A DNA stretch of 64,000 bases, from assembly GCF_044324785.1 (NCBI RefSeq), contig NZ_CP172127.1, one strand, 5' to 3'. Of the stretch, positions 32,313 to 43,532 are shown one piece after another. A program made the translations under genes and the position numbers. The DNA is from Escherichia coli (lineage in GTDB: Bacteria; Pseudomonadota; Gammaproteobacteria; Enterobacterales; Enterobacteriaceae). The notes below the pieces were generated by a model. That model saw only the letters and a program-made list of their open reading frames with translations. It searched no databases and had not been told where the DNA came from. Within the stretch, counting starts at the first letter, position 1; each line of letters begins with the position of its first letter.

Positions 32313-33446
32313 TTAAACCGTCAGCACCACACAGCTGTCCACTTCCCAGCACAAACGCACTTCGTCGCCCCAGGTCGGTAACCCTTTACGATGACGATGG
32401 GCGTTTTGTAGCTGGGCGCTAATCATCTGCCCACTTTTCAGACGAACGTGATACACCGAAAGATCGCCGAGATAGGCAATGTGTATCACCTCCCCCACCG
32501 CGAAGTTACAACCATTGGCGGGCGGCTCTTCGCAAAGCATGATTTTTTCCGGACGCAGCGCTACGTGTACCGGCACGTTATCAACCACTGAAGCATCTGC
32601 ATCGACTTTCAGTGGGTGCACCAGTCCCGGCGAATAAAGCACCAGACCATCTTCCTGACGCTCTTTGAGTACACCTTCAAAGACATTAACCGAACCGATA
32701 AATTCAGCGCTATAGCGGGTGGTCGGATGCTCGTAGATCTCTTCCGGTTCGCCAATCTGGACAAATTTCCCACGATTCATAATGGCGATACGCCCCGCCA
32801 TGGTCATCGCCTCTTCCTGATCGTGGGTGACCATCACACAAGTCACACCGACACGCTCCAGAATATCCACCACTTCAAGCTGCATCCGGTCACGCAGCTT
32901 TTTATCCAGCGCGCCCATCGGCTCATCGAGCAGTAATAGTTTCGGGCGCTTGGCAAGGCTTCGGGCCAGTGCCACACGCTGTCGCTGACCACCGGAAAGC
33001 TGATGCGGTTTGCGTTTGGCGAACTCCTGCATATGCACCAGCCCGAGCATCTCATTGACCCGGCTGGCAATTTCCGCTTTCGGCAATTTGTCCTGTTTCA
33101 GGCCAAAAGCGATATTCTGTTCCACGGTCATATGCGGAAACAGCGCGTAAGACTGAAACATCATATTGATGGGGCGCAGGTAAGGCGGTACCTGTGACAA
33201 ATCGACGCCATCAAGCATTATCTGTCCGGCAGAAGGTTGTTCGAAACCTGCCAGCATACGCAGCAGCGTGGACTTGCCACAGCCGGATGCGCCCAGCAGC
33301 GCGAAGATTTCACCTTTGTAGATGGTCAGGCTGACATCATCCACCGCATGTTGACCATCGTAGGATTTGGTGAGGTTGCGGATTTCTAATAGCGGCGTCA
33401 GCGCCTTACGGGTTTTCGCCTGCGGGCGAGGGATAGCGTCATTCAC
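32313..33446 (-). CDS. potG: Putrescine ABC transporter ATP-binding protein PotG (377 aa)
   Basis: Walker A GASGCGKST; the 377-aa length requires a GTG start (VNDAIPRPQ). Confidence 0.93.
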   Translation of the reverse strand: MNDAIPRPQAKTRKALTPLLEIRNLTKSYDGQHAVDDVSLTIYKGEIFALLGASGCGKSTLLRMLAGFEQPSAGQIMLDGVDLSQVPPYLRPINMMFQSYALFPHMTVEQNIAFGLKQDKLPKAEIASRVNEMLGLVHMQEFAKRKPHQLSGGQRQRVALARSLAKRPKLLLLDEPMGALDKKLRDRMQLEVVDILERVGVTCVMVTHDQEEAMTMAGRIAIMNRGKFVQIGEPEEIYEHPTTRYSAEFIGSVNVFEGVLKERQEDGLVLYSPGLVHPLKVDADASVVDNVPVHVALRPEKIMLCEEPPANGCNFAVGEVIHIAYLGDLSVYHVRLKSGQMISAQLQNAHRHRKGLPTWGDEVRLCWEVDSCVVLTV

Positions 33447-33540
33447 GGCTGCTCTCCGGCATTGAATGTGTGCAAGCGCACCATAATGGTGCGAATTGCC
33501 GGCGGGTGTGGTGCGCCCGTCCGGCATCTACGACTGCGGA

Positions 33541-34653
33541 TTATTTTCCGCTCTTCACTTTGGTCCACGCGCGGGTGCGCACACGGTCTATTTTTGGATC
33601 CTGCACTTTCAGAGTGAACAACTTCGCACGAACGTCCGCCGGAGGATAAATCCCTGGATTATCACGCACTTCCGCACTCACCAGCGGCGTAGCTTCTTTG
33701 TTCGCGTTGGCATAGAACACATGGTCGGAAATATGCGCCACCACATCCGGGCGCAGCAGGTAATTCAGGAACTGATAGGCTTCGTCTTTATTTTTGGCAT
33801 CCGCAGGCATGGCGAAGACATCAAAGAACGCCATCGCCCCTTCTTTCGGAATCGAGAACGAGACATTAACGCCATTCTTCGCTTCCTTCGCGCGGTTTGA
33901 CGCCTGCCAGACATCGCCTGCCCAGCCGATAGCGACGCAGATATCGCCGTTTGCCAGGTCGTTAATGTATTGCGATGAATGGAAATAACGAATGTTCGGA
34001 CGCAGCTTTAACAGCAGATCGGTAGCCGGTCCGGTGTAATCATCCGCTTTAGTGCTGTTGGGATCTTTGCCGAGATAATTCAGCACGGTAGCAAAAACTT
34101 CTTCCGGTGCATCAAGGAAAGAGACGCCGCAGCTTTTCAGTTTTTCCAGATTTTCAGGCTTGAGGATCAAGTCCCAGCTATCGACGGGCGCGTTTTCGCC
34201 CAGCACCGCTTTGACTTTATCGACGTTATAGCCAATCCCGGTTGTCGCCCACATATAGGGCATAGCAAATTTATTATCCGGGTCGTGTTTGGCAACCAAC
34301 TTCAGCAGTTCCGGGTCGAGATTCTTCCACTCCGGCAATTTGCTTTTATCCAGCGGCTGGAAAACTCCCGCAGTCAACTGGCGTTCAAGAAAGCTTGCTG
34401 ACGGCACCACCAGGTCAAAGCCGGTGCTACCCGCCATTAATTTGCCTTCCAGTACTTCGTTAGAGTCGAAAACATCGTAGACGACTTTAATACCGGTTTC
34501 TTTTTCAAAATTGGCCACCGTGTCCGGAGCGATATAATCAGACCAGTTATAAATGTGGAGTGTTTTTTGTTCAGCCGCGAGCGTGCCGACAGAGACGGCC
34601 ATCAGAGCACCCGCAACCAGACCCGATAGCCATTTTTTATTTAAGGCGGTCAT
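33541..34653 (-). CDS. potF: Putrescine-binding periplasmic protein PotF (370 aa)
   Basis: Start MTALNKKWLSGL with signal peptide; ORF track extends 50 codons upstream. Confidence 0.95.
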   Translation of the reverse strand: MTALNKKWLSGLVAGALMAVSVGTLAAEQKTLHIYNWSDYIAPDTVANFEKETGIKVVYDVFDSNEVLEGKLMAGSTGFDLVVPSASFLERQLTAGVFQPLDKSKLPEWKNLDPELLKLVAKHDPDNKFAMPYMWATTGIGYNVDKVKAVLGENAPVDSWDLILKPENLEKLKSCGVSFLDAPEEVFATVLNYLGKDPNSTKADDYTGPATDLLLKLRPNIRYFHSSQYINDLANGDICVAIGWAGDVWQASNRAKEAKNGVNVSFSIPKEGAMAFFDVFAMPADAKNKDEAYQFLNYLLRPDVVAHISDHVFYANANKEATPLVSAEVRDNPGIYPPADVRAKLFTLKVQDPKIDRVRTRAWTKVKSGK

Positions 34654-35003
34654 ATCTCTTTCCTTCTGAAAGTTCGTTAACAAACGAACAAAAGTTGTCA
34701 CACTGAAAGATATGCAATAAACGTGCATATTTTTTATCGGCGCGGTGTAAGAAAAGAGAACTCTCTCCCGGCCAGCACTGCTCGCTATATAAAAGCATCG
34801 CAAGAATAACTTTAGCCAGGGTTTGAGACTATAGCTCGGATTAAAAAACGGTATTTAACAAATTTTTATGCGTATTTGCTCTATGTGATAAAGCCAAATC
34901 GGCACAAGAGAAGTGAAATAATCTTTAAGAAAAGGTTAAAAACAGCAGATAATTTTGCAGCACGCAGTCACTGCGGCAGCGACTGCGTACTCGAAAGGAG
35001 TTA

Positions 35004-35480
35004 TCAGTGGAGGAAATAGTTTTCGGTAACGTTGTTTTGCCCTTCATCGTCAGTCGGTAACAGCAGTTGATGGGCATTAGCTTCAAGAATGACCATCGAA
35101 ATCTGCTCTTCGCTCTGACGCACGAACCATGCAAACTGCTCATAGGTTACGCCCTGCATAACGGATAAAGACTGGCAAACCACCAGCTTTGGCAGATTAT
35201 CATCCTGCATATCAAGAAATGCTTTCACGGTCAGCGAACTGGCATTGATGGCTGATAAATCCGCCGCCAGCGGCAATACGGCTGAAGGTCGGACTTCCGC
35301 CATGGCAGAAAACAGGATCGTGTTATCGATCAGATCGATTTTGGCATCAAAGACACCGTCGAAATTCTGCATATGGGGCAGATGCAGAGCCTGACAGTTA
35401 TCACATTCAAAAAAACTCATCCCCAGGTCATCGAGCCATTGACGCAGCGTATCCAGACCAGGAACGACCAGCGATGTCAT
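35004..35480 (-). CDS. ybjN: YbjN, putative sensory transduction regulator (158 aa)
   Basis: Start MTSLVVPGLDTL; sits downstream of rimK as in K-12. Confidence 0.9.
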   Translation of the reverse strand: MTSLVVPGLDTLRQWLDDLGMSFFECDNCQALHLPHMQNFDGVFDAKIDLIDNTILFSAMAEVRPSAVLPLAADLSAINASSLTVKAFLDMQDDNLPKLVVCQSLSVMQGVTYEQFAWFVRQSEEQISMVILEANAHQLLLPTDDEGQNNVTENYFLH

Positions 35481-35567
35481 AATTTTGTACAACCTCTTTC
35501 GATAAAAAGACCGGCACAGCTTACGCAAAAAGCGCAGGCAAAACCATGATCAGTAATGTGATTGCGA

Positions 35568-36470
35568 CTAACCACCCGTTTTCAGGCAATATTCGGTCGT
35601 AGCGTGGCGTTCGATCCAGCGGATCATTTTACCCGCGATGTCGATACCGGTGGTTTTTTCTATTCCTTCCAGCCCCGGCGACGCATTCACCTCCATCACC
35701 AACGGCCCGCGATTAGCACGCAGAATATCCACACCAGCAACGTCCAGCGCCATCGTTCGCGCGGCTTTTATCGCGATTTCACGCTCCTGTGGTGTGATAC
35801 TGGCGACGCTTGCCGCGCCGCCACGATGCAAATTGGAACGAAAATCGCCCTCTTTCGCCCGCCGTTCAATCGCAGCGACCACTTCATCCCCAACAACCAG
35901 GCAGCGGATATCGCACCCTTGCGCCTCTTTGATATATTCCTGCACCAGAATATGCGCGTTCAGACCGCGAAAGGCGTCAATCACGCTTTCCGCCGCCTGA
36001 CGCGTCTCCGCCAGCACGACACCAATTCCCTGCGTACCTTCAACCAGCTTAACCACCAGCGGCGCACCACCGACCATGTCGATTAAATCGCTGGTATCAT
36101 CCGGCGAATGCGCAATGCCCGTGACAGGCAGGTCGATGCCCTGACGCGCCAGCAGTTGCATGGAACGCAATTTGTCACGCGCCCGGGCAATGGCGACCGA
36201 CTCATTGAGCGGATAGCTCCCCAGCATCTCGAACTGGCGCAGTGCCGCCGTCCCATAAAAGGTAATGGCGGTGCCAATACGCGGGATCACTGCGTCAAAA
36301 TGGGGTAACTTGCGGCCTTTGTAGTGAATAGAAGACGCCGCAGGATTTATGTTCATGTAGCAAGAAAGCGGATCAAGAATTTCAACCAGGTGACCGCGCT
36401 GTATAGCGGCTTCACGCAGCCGCTTACACGAATAGAGCGTTCCATCCCGGGACAATATGGCAATTTTCAC
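35568..36470 (-). CDS. rimK: Ribosomal protein S6 L-glutamate ligase RimK (ATP-grasp; 300 aa)
   Basis: ATP-grasp fold; 300 aa. Confidence 0.95.
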   Translation of the reverse strand: MKIAILSRDGTLYSCKRLREAAIQRGHLVEILDPLSCYMNINPAASSIHYKGRKLPHFDAVIPRIGTAITFYGTAALRQFEMLGSYPLNESVAIARARDKLRSMQLLARQGIDLPVTGIAHSPDDTSDLIDMVGGAPLVVKLVEGTQGIGVVLAETRQAAESVIDAFRGLNAHILVQEYIKEAQGCDIRCLVVGDEVVAAIERRAKEGDFRSNLHRGGAASVASITPQEREIAIKAARTMALDVAGVDILRANRGPLVMEVNASPGLEGIEKTTGIDIAGKMIRWIERHATTEYCLKTGG

Positions 36471-36530
36471 CCTGCACCTCTCTGTCAGACCTGGTCAAAA
36501 GCCCGCGTATCATACATCGATGTGGCGGTT

Positions 36531-37253
36531 TTAGCGCGTCGCCCAACCCTGTTTGTGCAAATAATCCAGAATAAATGGGCGGCTTTCTTTAATGATTGTT
36601 CGGCGGATATGATCGCTCCAGGTATCCCGGCGATTATTGCTGCCACGGGTGAGGTAATATTCCGCCAGTTGTTCGTCATACTGCGCCAGTGCGTCTTTAT
36701 CCAACGGTTGATAGTTGTTTTCATGCACCAAAATGGAGGCCGGTAAACGCGGCTTAAGATCCGGATTATCCGCAGGCCAGCCAAGGCACAGCCCAAACAG
36801 CGGCAGAACATGCCGCGGTAATTTCAGCAGCTCCGTCACCGCTTCAATATTATTGCGCAGGCCGCCGATATATACCCCGCCCAATCCCAGCGATTCCGCT
36901 GCGGTTAACGCATTCTGCGCCATCATTGCCGTATCAACGACACCGAGCAACAGTTGTTCCGCCAGGCCGAGCTGAGCATCCGGACAGATCTGTAAATGGC
37001 GGTTAAAGTCGGCACAGAACACCCAGAACTCCGCCGCTTGCGCTACGTGTTTTTGCCCGCCGGTCAGCGTCACCAGTTCTTCACGTAACGCTTTGTCGGT
37101 AATGCGAATAATGCTACTGCACTGCAAAAAACTGGAACTGGACGTCGCACGGGCGCTGTTAATAATCGCCTCACGCTGCGCTTCGGAAATGGGTTCATCA
37201 GTGAAATGGCGAATGGAGCGATGGCCACAAATAAGTTCAATGGTTGGCGTCAT
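36531..37253 (-). CDS. nfsA: Oxygen-insensitive NADPH nitroreductase NfsA (240 aa)
   Basis: 240 aa; overlaps the ybjC 3' end by 17 bp. Confidence 0.95.
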   Translation of the reverse strand: MTPTIELICGHRSIRHFTDEPISEAQREAIINSARATSSSSFLQCSSIIRITDKALREELVTLTGGQKHVAQAAEFWVFCADFNRHLQICPDAQLGLAEQLLLGVVDTAMMAQNALTAAESLGLGGVYIGGLRNNIEAVTELLKLPRHVLPLFGLCLGWPADNPDLKPRLPASILVHENNYQPLDKDALAQYDEQLAEYYLTRGSNNRRDTWSDHIRRTIIKESRPFILDYLHKQGWATR

Positions 37254-37524
37254 TATCTTTTTCTCTTTCTGAACGTGAATATTGCGGTGGACGGTTCATC
37301 AGCTGTGGGGCAAGACGTTTTGCCACCTGAAGAATAACCACCACCGCAGCGGGAAGCATGAGCAAAACACCGAGAAAAATCATCAGAATCTGCACTTCTG
37401 GCCGAGAAAATGGCTCAGGCAGCGACAGGGAGCCGCTTACCGACAGCAGCGCCACCGCCAGCAACATCATTCCGATAAATTCCAGTATCAACACGCTTTT
37501 AGGCAATTTACCGATCGCGCGCAT
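37237..37524 (-). CDS. ybjC: Small membrane protein YbjC (95 aa)
   Basis: 95-aa hydrophobic ORF heading the ybjC-nfsA-rimK-ybjN cluster. Confidence 0.85.
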   Translation of the reverse strand: MRAIGKLPKSVLILEFIGMMLLAVALLSVSGSLSLPEPFSRPEVQILMIFLGVLLMLPAAVVVILQVAKRLAPQLMNRPPQYSRSEREKDNDANH

Positions 37525-37683
37525 GCGCTTCCCTCTGCAAAGTGAGCCTTCAGTCTAAAACTTTTCACTGTATTGTGTTTAACAGTTATAGCTTTTAGCA
37601 ATTAATGCAACAGGTTAAACCTACTTTCAGCGAATACATTTTAGCGTGATCATTACAGGCATAAATCTATGAGGAGAGAAATA

Positions 37684-37941
37684 ATGCAAACCGTTATTTT
37701 TGGTCGTCCGGGTTGCCCTTACTGTGTGCGTGCAAAAGATCTGGCTGAGAAATTGAGCAATGAACGCGATGATTTTCAGTATCAGTATGTTGATATTCGT
37801 GCGGAAGGGATCACTAAAGAAGATCTACAACAAAAGGCAGGTAAACCCGTAGAAACCGTGCCGCAGATTTTTGTCGATCAGCAACATATCGGCGGCTATA
37901 CCGATTTTGCTGCATGGGTGAAAGAGAATCTGGACGCCTGA
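37684..37941 (+). CDS. grxA: Glutaredoxin 1 (85 aa)
   Basis: CPYC active site; start MQTVIFGRPGCPYC. Confidence 0.96.
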   Translation: MQTVIFGRPGCPYCVRAKDLAEKLSNERDDFQYQYVDIRAEGITKEDLQQKAGKPVETVPQIFVDQQHIGGYTDFAAWVKENLDA

Positions 37942-37949
37942 TTGTCTTA

Positions 37950-37984
37950 CAAGCCCTCGCGTTGAGGGCTTTATTGATTTTTTC
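37950..37984. terminator. Bidirectional terminator between grxA and ybjM
   Basis: Hairpin agccctcgcgttgagggct followed by ttattgatttttt. Confidence 0.7.
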
Positions 37985-38348
37985 TGTGCTGTGGTTTAAA
38001 CAAACTACTGATAAATAAGAAACACAGTGCCCCCAGCGCACACCAGAACACCGCACTTAATAACCATGCCAGCTCTTGCCAGAATGAGCGCGTCGGTGAA
38101 AAAAACAGCCGCATAATAAGCATTGAACAGGGTGCCGCCAGCATTGCGCCAAACAGAGGTTTCAGGACTTCTCTACGCTGTGAAAAGAAGCTGGCAACTG
38201 CTCCAGGAAGAATGAAAAACAGCAAGCCGATTTCAGGATGCCCGGCAGCCCGAAAAGCGCCTTTCATGTGCGTCGCCAGAAAAAGGCACACCACAATGAA
38301 GAGGACAAAACAGCAGATTGCCCCCGCCCAACGTTGTTTATGTTTCAC
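37971..38348 (-). CDS. ybjM: Inner membrane protein YbjM (125 aa)
   Basis: 125-aa hydrophobic ORF. Confidence 0.85.
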   Translation of the reverse strand: MKHKQRWAGAICCFVLFIVVCLFLATHMKGAFRAAGHPEIGLLFFILPGAVASFFSQRREVLKPLFGAMLAAPCSMLIMRLFFSPTRSFWQELAWLLSAVFWCALGALCFLFISSLFKPQHRKNQ

Positions 38349-38617
38349 TCGTTCCTCCTGACACTGCGTCTATCGAACACATTTTTCGCCAGTGTGGCGT
38401 TCAGTAAGATAAAGCCGCTTCGCATTCCATGCTAATATAGGCCAACGCAATTCATATAGCCGTTGATACCTAATGTGATTACACTAGTAAAATATATTGT
38501 TACTTTACTATCGTTTAGGTGCGCTGAATGAATCTGCGCCCTGAATTCTGGTAAAAAACATTATCGTAAATTACCATTTCTTTCAACAGCTTACTAGTAA
38601 ACAAGAAGTTAGCCTCC

Positions 38618-40303
38618 GTGAATATAAACGTCGCCGAATTGTTAAATGGGAATTACATTCTGTTATTATTTGTGGTCCTCGCGCTTGGGCTATGTCTCGG
38701 GAAATTACGACTTGGTTCGATCCAACTGGGTAATTCCATTGGCGTTTTGGTCGTATCACTGTTATTAGGCCAACAACATTTCAGCATTAACACCGACGCG
38801 CTTAATCTTGGCTTTATGCTGTTTATTTTCTGCGTCGGGGTCGAAGCCGGACCGAACTTTTTTTCCATTTTTTTTCGCGATGGGAAAAATTACCTAATGT
38901 TAGCACTGGTGATGGTTGGCAGTGCGCTGGTGATCGCCTTAGGGTTAGGTAAGCTGTTTGGCTGGGATATTGGCCTGACGGCCGGTATGTTAGCAGGCTC
39001 TATGACGTCAACACCGGTTTTGGTCGGTGCTGGCGATACACTGCGTCATTCCGGCATGGAAAGCAGGCAGCTCTCACTGGCACTGGATAATCTGAGCCTC
39101 GGGTATGCCTTAACCTATTTAATCGGTCTGGTGAGTTTAATTGTTGGTGCGCGTTACTTGCCGAAATTGCAGCATCAGGACTTACAGACCAGCGCCCAGC
39201 AAATCGCCCGCGAACGTGGCCTGGACACTGATGCCAACCGTAAGGTTTATTTACCGGTGATCCGCGCCTACCGCGTCGGCCCGGAGCTGGTAGCCTGGAC
39301 CGACGGCAAAAATCTGCGTGAACTGGGTATTTATCGACAAACTGGCTGTTACATTGAACGTATTCGGCGTAACGGGATTCTGGCAAATCCAGACGGTGAT
39401 GCCGTACTACAAATGGGCGATGAAATAGCGTTGGTAGGCTATCCTGACGCCCACGCCCGACTCGATCCCAGTTTCCGTAATGGCAAAGAAGTTTTCGATC
39501 GTGACCTTCTCGACATGCGTATCGTCACTGAAGAAGTGGTCGTTAAAAACCATAACGCTGTTGGCAAACGCCTGGCACAACTGAAGTTGACCGATCACGG
39601 TTGCTTCCTTAACCGCGTCATTCGTAGCCAGATTGAGATGCCGATTGATGACAACGTCGTGCTTAACAAAGGTGACGTTTTACAAGTCAGCGGCGATGCC
39701 CGCCGGGTAAAAACCATCGCCGATCGCATCGGCTTTATCTCGATTCACAGCCAGGTCACTGACTTGCTGGCATTCTGCGCCTTCTTTGTTATTGGGCTGA
39801 TGATCGGGATGATCACCTTCCAGTTCAGCACATTCAGTTTCGGTATGGGGAACGCTGCCGGGTTGTTATTCGCCGGAATTATGCTGGGCTTTATGCGTGC
39901 TAACCACCCGACCTTCGGTTACATTCCGCAGGGTGCATTAAGCATGGTGAAGGAGTTCGGCTTGATGGTGTTTATGGCAGGCGTTGGTCTGAGCGCTGGT
40001 AGCGGTATTAATAACGGCCTGGGCGCGATTGGCGGTCAGATGTTGATTGCCGGATTGATTGTCAGTCTGGTGCCCGTGGTTATCTGCTTCTTGTTCGGTG
40101 CTTATGTATTGCGAATGAACCGCGCACTGTTGTTCGGCGCAATGATGGGCGCACGCACCTGCGCGCCGGCAATGGAGATCATCAGTGATACAGCTCGCAG
40201 TAATATCCCGGCGCTGGGCTATGCGGGCACTTACGCAATCGCCAACGTCCTGCTGACGCTGGCAGGGACAATCATCGTCATGGTATGGCCAGGATTAGGA
40301 TAA
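38618..40303 (+). CDS. ybjL: Putative transporter YbjL (AAE family; 561 aa)
   Basis: Two membrane halves separated by a central soluble region; 561 aa. Confidence 0.92.
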
Positions 40304-40339
40304 AACTGAAGTTGCCCTGAAAATGAAATTTTTTTGCAC

Positions 40340-40379
40340 AACCGCAGAACTTTTCCGCAGGGCATCAGTCTTAATTAGT
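40340..40379 (+). promoter_or_regulatory. Sigma-E promoter of rybB
   Basis: -35 GAACTT (40347-40352) and -10 TCTTA (40369-40373) with 16-nt spacer, immediately upstream of the RybB 5' end. Confidence 0.6.
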
Positions 40380-40458
40380 GCCACTGCTTTTCTTTGATGT
40401 CCCCATTTTGTGGAGCCCATCAACCCCGCCATTTTGGTTCAAGGTTGGTGGGTTTTTT
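40380..40458 (+). ncRNA. rybB: RybB small regulatory RNA (sigma-E dependent, Hfq-binding; ~79 nt)
   Basis: GCCACUGCUUUUCUUUGAUGUCCCCAUUUUGUGGAGCCCAUCAACC... ending in a terminator hairpin and U6; located between ybjL and rcdA as in K-12. Confidence 0.88.
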
Positions 40459-40477
40459 GTTATCTAAAATTTATCTA

Positions 40478-41014
40478 CTACCCTGCAACCCTCTCAACCA
40501 TCCTCAAAATCTCCTCGCGCGATAGCGGCTTACGGTCGGTGACAAAATGCAGCGTCATCCCCTCAATAAACGCATCAAGCGCGCGGGCGGTTCCGGGTTC
40601 AAACCATTGTTCGAGCGTTTGCTGACTGCGCTGCATCCAGTTTTGCATTACCGTTTTTAATAGCGGTTTTCGGCTAGCCAGCGCGTAGAGCTGGTACATC
40701 AGCTCCATGTTATCCGGCGTTGCAACCTGTGAGCTGTAAATCATATCGGTGATAGCCTGGCATGCGCCTTGAGCATCACTAACATCGCTAAAAAATGCCT
40801 GATATTGCCGGGACATGATCTCAGTAAAACTGCTGAACGCCTCCAGCAACAACTCATCAATTCCTGAAAAATAGTAGGTCATCGACCCCAACGGTACCCC
40901 GGCAAGGGTAGCAATTTTGCGGTGCGTAACAGCATGTATTCCATAAAGTTTCACCGCCTCCAGCGTGGCCTGGATAATTTTTTCTCGCCGTTGCGGATCG
41001 TTAGCGCGACGCAT
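40478..41014 (-). CDS. rcdA: TetR-family regulator RcdA/YbjK (178 aa)
   Basis: N-terminal TetR helix-turn-helix; start [14 protein letters not shown]. Confidence 0.93.
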   Translation of the reverse strand: MRRANDPQRREKIIQATLEAVKLYGIHAVTHRKIATLAGVPLGSMTYYFSGIDELLLEAFSSFTEIMSRQYQAFFSDVSDAQGACQAITDMIYSSQVATPDNMELMYQLYALASRKPLLKTVMQNWMQRSQQTLEQWFEPGTARALDAFIEGMTLHFVTDRKPLSREEILRMVERVAG

Positions 41015-41097
41015 GTCATTTCCTCTCTCTGCAATTGTGTACAAATGTACACAACCTTGCTAATGTTGTCTTCCCTCTTCTTATTTTGACGTGATCT

Positions 41098-42306
41098 ATG
41101 ACCGTAAATTCTTCACGTAATGCATTGAAACGCCGAACCTGGGCGCTGTTTATGTTCTTCTTTTTGCCGGGCCTGTTAATGGCGTCCTGGGCAACCCGTA
41201 CGCCTGCTATCCGCGATATTCTTTCTGTTTCGATCGCTGAAATGGGCGGAGTCCTCTTTGGTCTGTCGATCGGTTCAATGAGCGGTATTCTCTGCTCGGC
41301 GTGGTTAGTGAAACGCTTTGGGACGCGTAATGTCATCCTGGTCACGATGTCCTGCGCATTGATCGGGATGATGATACTAAGTCTGGCACTCTGGCTGACA
41401 TCGCCCCTGCTCTTCGCGGTTGGCCTCGGCGTCTTTGGGGCAAGTTTTGGTTCTGCGGAAGTGGCGATAAACGTTGAAGGTGCCGCCGTTGAGCGAGAAA
41501 TGAATAAAACGGTTTTGCCGATGATGCACGGTTTTTATAGCCTGGGCACGCTGGCAGGCGCTGGTGTCGGGATGGCACTGACGGCTTTTGGCGTTCCGGC
41601 AACGGTGCACATTTTATTGGCGGCGCTGGTAGGTATCGCGCCTATTTATATCGCCATTCAGGCAATCCCTGACGGTACGGGCAAAAATGCTGCCGATGGC
41701 ACCCAGCATGGCGAAAAAGGCGTTCCTTTTTATCGCGATATCCAGTTGCTGCTGATCGGTGTTGTGGTGCTGGCGATGGCCTTTGCCGAAGGTTCTGCCA
41801 ACGACTGGTTACCCTTATTAATGGTTGACGGTCACGGTTTTAGCCCTACTTCCGGCTCGCTGATTTATGCCGGTTTTACCCTGGGGATGACCGTTGGACG
41901 CTTCACTGGCGGTTGGTTCATCGACCGTTACAGTCGCGTTGCCGTGGTTCGGGCCAGTGCACTAATGGGGGCGTTGGGTATTGGGCTGATTATTTTTGTC
42001 GATAGCGCCTGGGTCGCTGGGGTGTCTGTTGTACTCTGGGGACTGGGTGCCTCGCTGGGCTTCCCGCTGACCATTTCTGCCGCCAGCGATACCGGCCCCG
42101 ATGCACCAACCCGCGTCAGTGTGGTAGCAACGACCGGTTATCTGGCTTTCCTCGTCGGGCCGCCACTGCTGGGCTATCTCGGCGAACATTATGGATTACG
42201 TAGTGCAATGCTGGTTGTACTGGCGCTGGTTATTCTCGCGGCTATTGTCGCGAAAGCCGTCGCCAAACCCGATACCAAAACGCAGACGGCGATGGAGAAT
42301 AGTTGA
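41098..42306 (+). CDS. ybjJ: MFS transporter YbjJ (402 aa)
   Basis: 12-helix MFS-like hydrophobicity; stop overlaps the ybjI start (TGATG). Confidence 0.92.
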
Positions 42307-43121
42307 TGAGCATTAAATTAATTGCGGTAGACATGGATGGTACTTTCTTAAGCGATCAAAAAACCTATAACCGTGAGCGGTTTATGGCTCAGTATCAGCA
42401 AATGAAAGCACAAGGCATTCGCTTTGTGGTCGCCAGCGGGAATCAATATTATCAGTTGATCTCTTTCTTCCCTGAAATTGCTAATGAAATTGCCTTTGTG
42501 GCTGAAAACGGCGGCTGGGTAGTGAGCGAAGGCAAAGATGTTTTTAATGGCGAGCTGTCGAAGGATGCGTTTGCTACTGTCGTGGAACATTTGCTGACGC
42601 GCCCGGAAGTGGAAATTATTGCCTGCGGAAAAAATAGCGCCTATACATTCAAAAAATATGACGATGCCATGAAAACGGTGGCGGAAATGTATTATCACCG
42701 TCTGGAATACGTCGATAACTTTGACAACTTAGAAGATATCTTCTTTAAGTTTGGTCTGAATCTTTCCGATGAACTGATTCCACAAGTACAAAAAGCATTA
42801 CATGAGGCCATCGGCGATATTATGGTGCCGGTCCACACCGGCAACGGCAGCATCGATCTGATTATCCCCGGCGTACATAAAGCCAATGGCCTTCGCCAAC
42901 TGCAGAAATTATGGGGAATAGACGACAGCGAAGTGGTGGTCTTTGGCGATGGCGGTAACGATATTGAGATGCTGCGTCAGGCAGGCTTTAGTTTTGCAAT
43001 GGAAAATGCCGGCAGCGCGGTCGTCGCAGCAGCAAAATACCGGGTAGGCTCCAATAACCGTGAAGGCGTACTGGATGTGATCGATAAAGTTCTTAAACAC
43101 GAAGCGCCATTTAACCAATAA
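42306..43121 (+). CDS. ybjI: HAD-family phosphatase YbjI (271 aa)
   Basis: HAD motif I DMDGTFL near the N-terminus. Confidence 0.93.
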   Translation: MSIKLIAVDMDGTFLSDQKTYNRERFMAQYQQMKAQGIRFVVASGNQYYQLISFFPEIANEIAFVAENGGWVVSEGKDVFNGELSKDAFATVVEHLLTRPEVEIIACGKNSAYTFKKYDDAMKTVAEMYYHRLEYVDNFDNLEDIFFKFGLNLSDELIPQVQKALHEAIGDIMVPVHTGNGSIDLIIPGVHKANGLRQLQKLWGIDDSEVVVFGDGGNDIEMLRQAGFSFAMENAGSAVVAAAKYRVGSNNREGVLDVIDKVLKHEAPFNQ

Positions 43122-43206
43122 AAACGGCAGCACGCCCGGCAACACAATGCCTGAATGAAGGCTGCATAATTCGCGCAAATTAACCCGCTGCATTATTTCA
43201 GGCGAA

Positions 43207-43491
43207 ATGATTATGAAAAATTGTCTACTGTTGGGCGCGCTTTTAATGGGCTTTACTGGTGTGGCGATGGCGCAAAGTGTCACCGTCGATGTGCCGAGTG
43301 GATACAAAGTGGTTGTGGTTCCTGATTCAGTCAGCGTTCCACAAGCGGTCAGCGTCGCGACTGTGCCGCAAACCGTCTATGTGGCTCCTGCGCCAGCTCC
43401 GGCTTACCGCCCGCATCCTTATGTTCGCCATCTTGCCAGCGTAGGTGAAGGGATGGTTATCGAACACCAGATTGACGACCATCACCATTAA
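43207..43491 (+). CDS. ybjH: Secreted protein YbjH (94 aa)
   Basis: Signal peptide MIMKNCLLLGALLMGFTGVAMA. Confidence 0.85.
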   Translation: MIMKNCLLLGALLMGFTGVAMAQSVTVDVPSGYKVVVVPDSVSVPQAVSVATVPQTVYVAPAPAPAYRPHPYVRHLASVGEGMVIEHQIDDHHH

Positions 43492-43498
43492 TTCGAGA

Positions 43499-43532
43499 AT
43501 GCCTGATCGCACAAAGCAATCAGGCATTTTTT
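43499..43532. terminator. Bidirectional terminator between ybjH and mdfA
   Basis: Hairpin gcctgatcgcacaaagcaatcaggc followed by T7. Confidence 0.75.

Noticed and set aside
34700-34730. Sigma-54-like promoter motif upstream of potF (TGCAC-N5-TTGCA on the minus strand)
   Set aside because: The essential GG of the -24 element is replaced (TGCAC instead of GGCAC), so it does not meet the consensus; not called.
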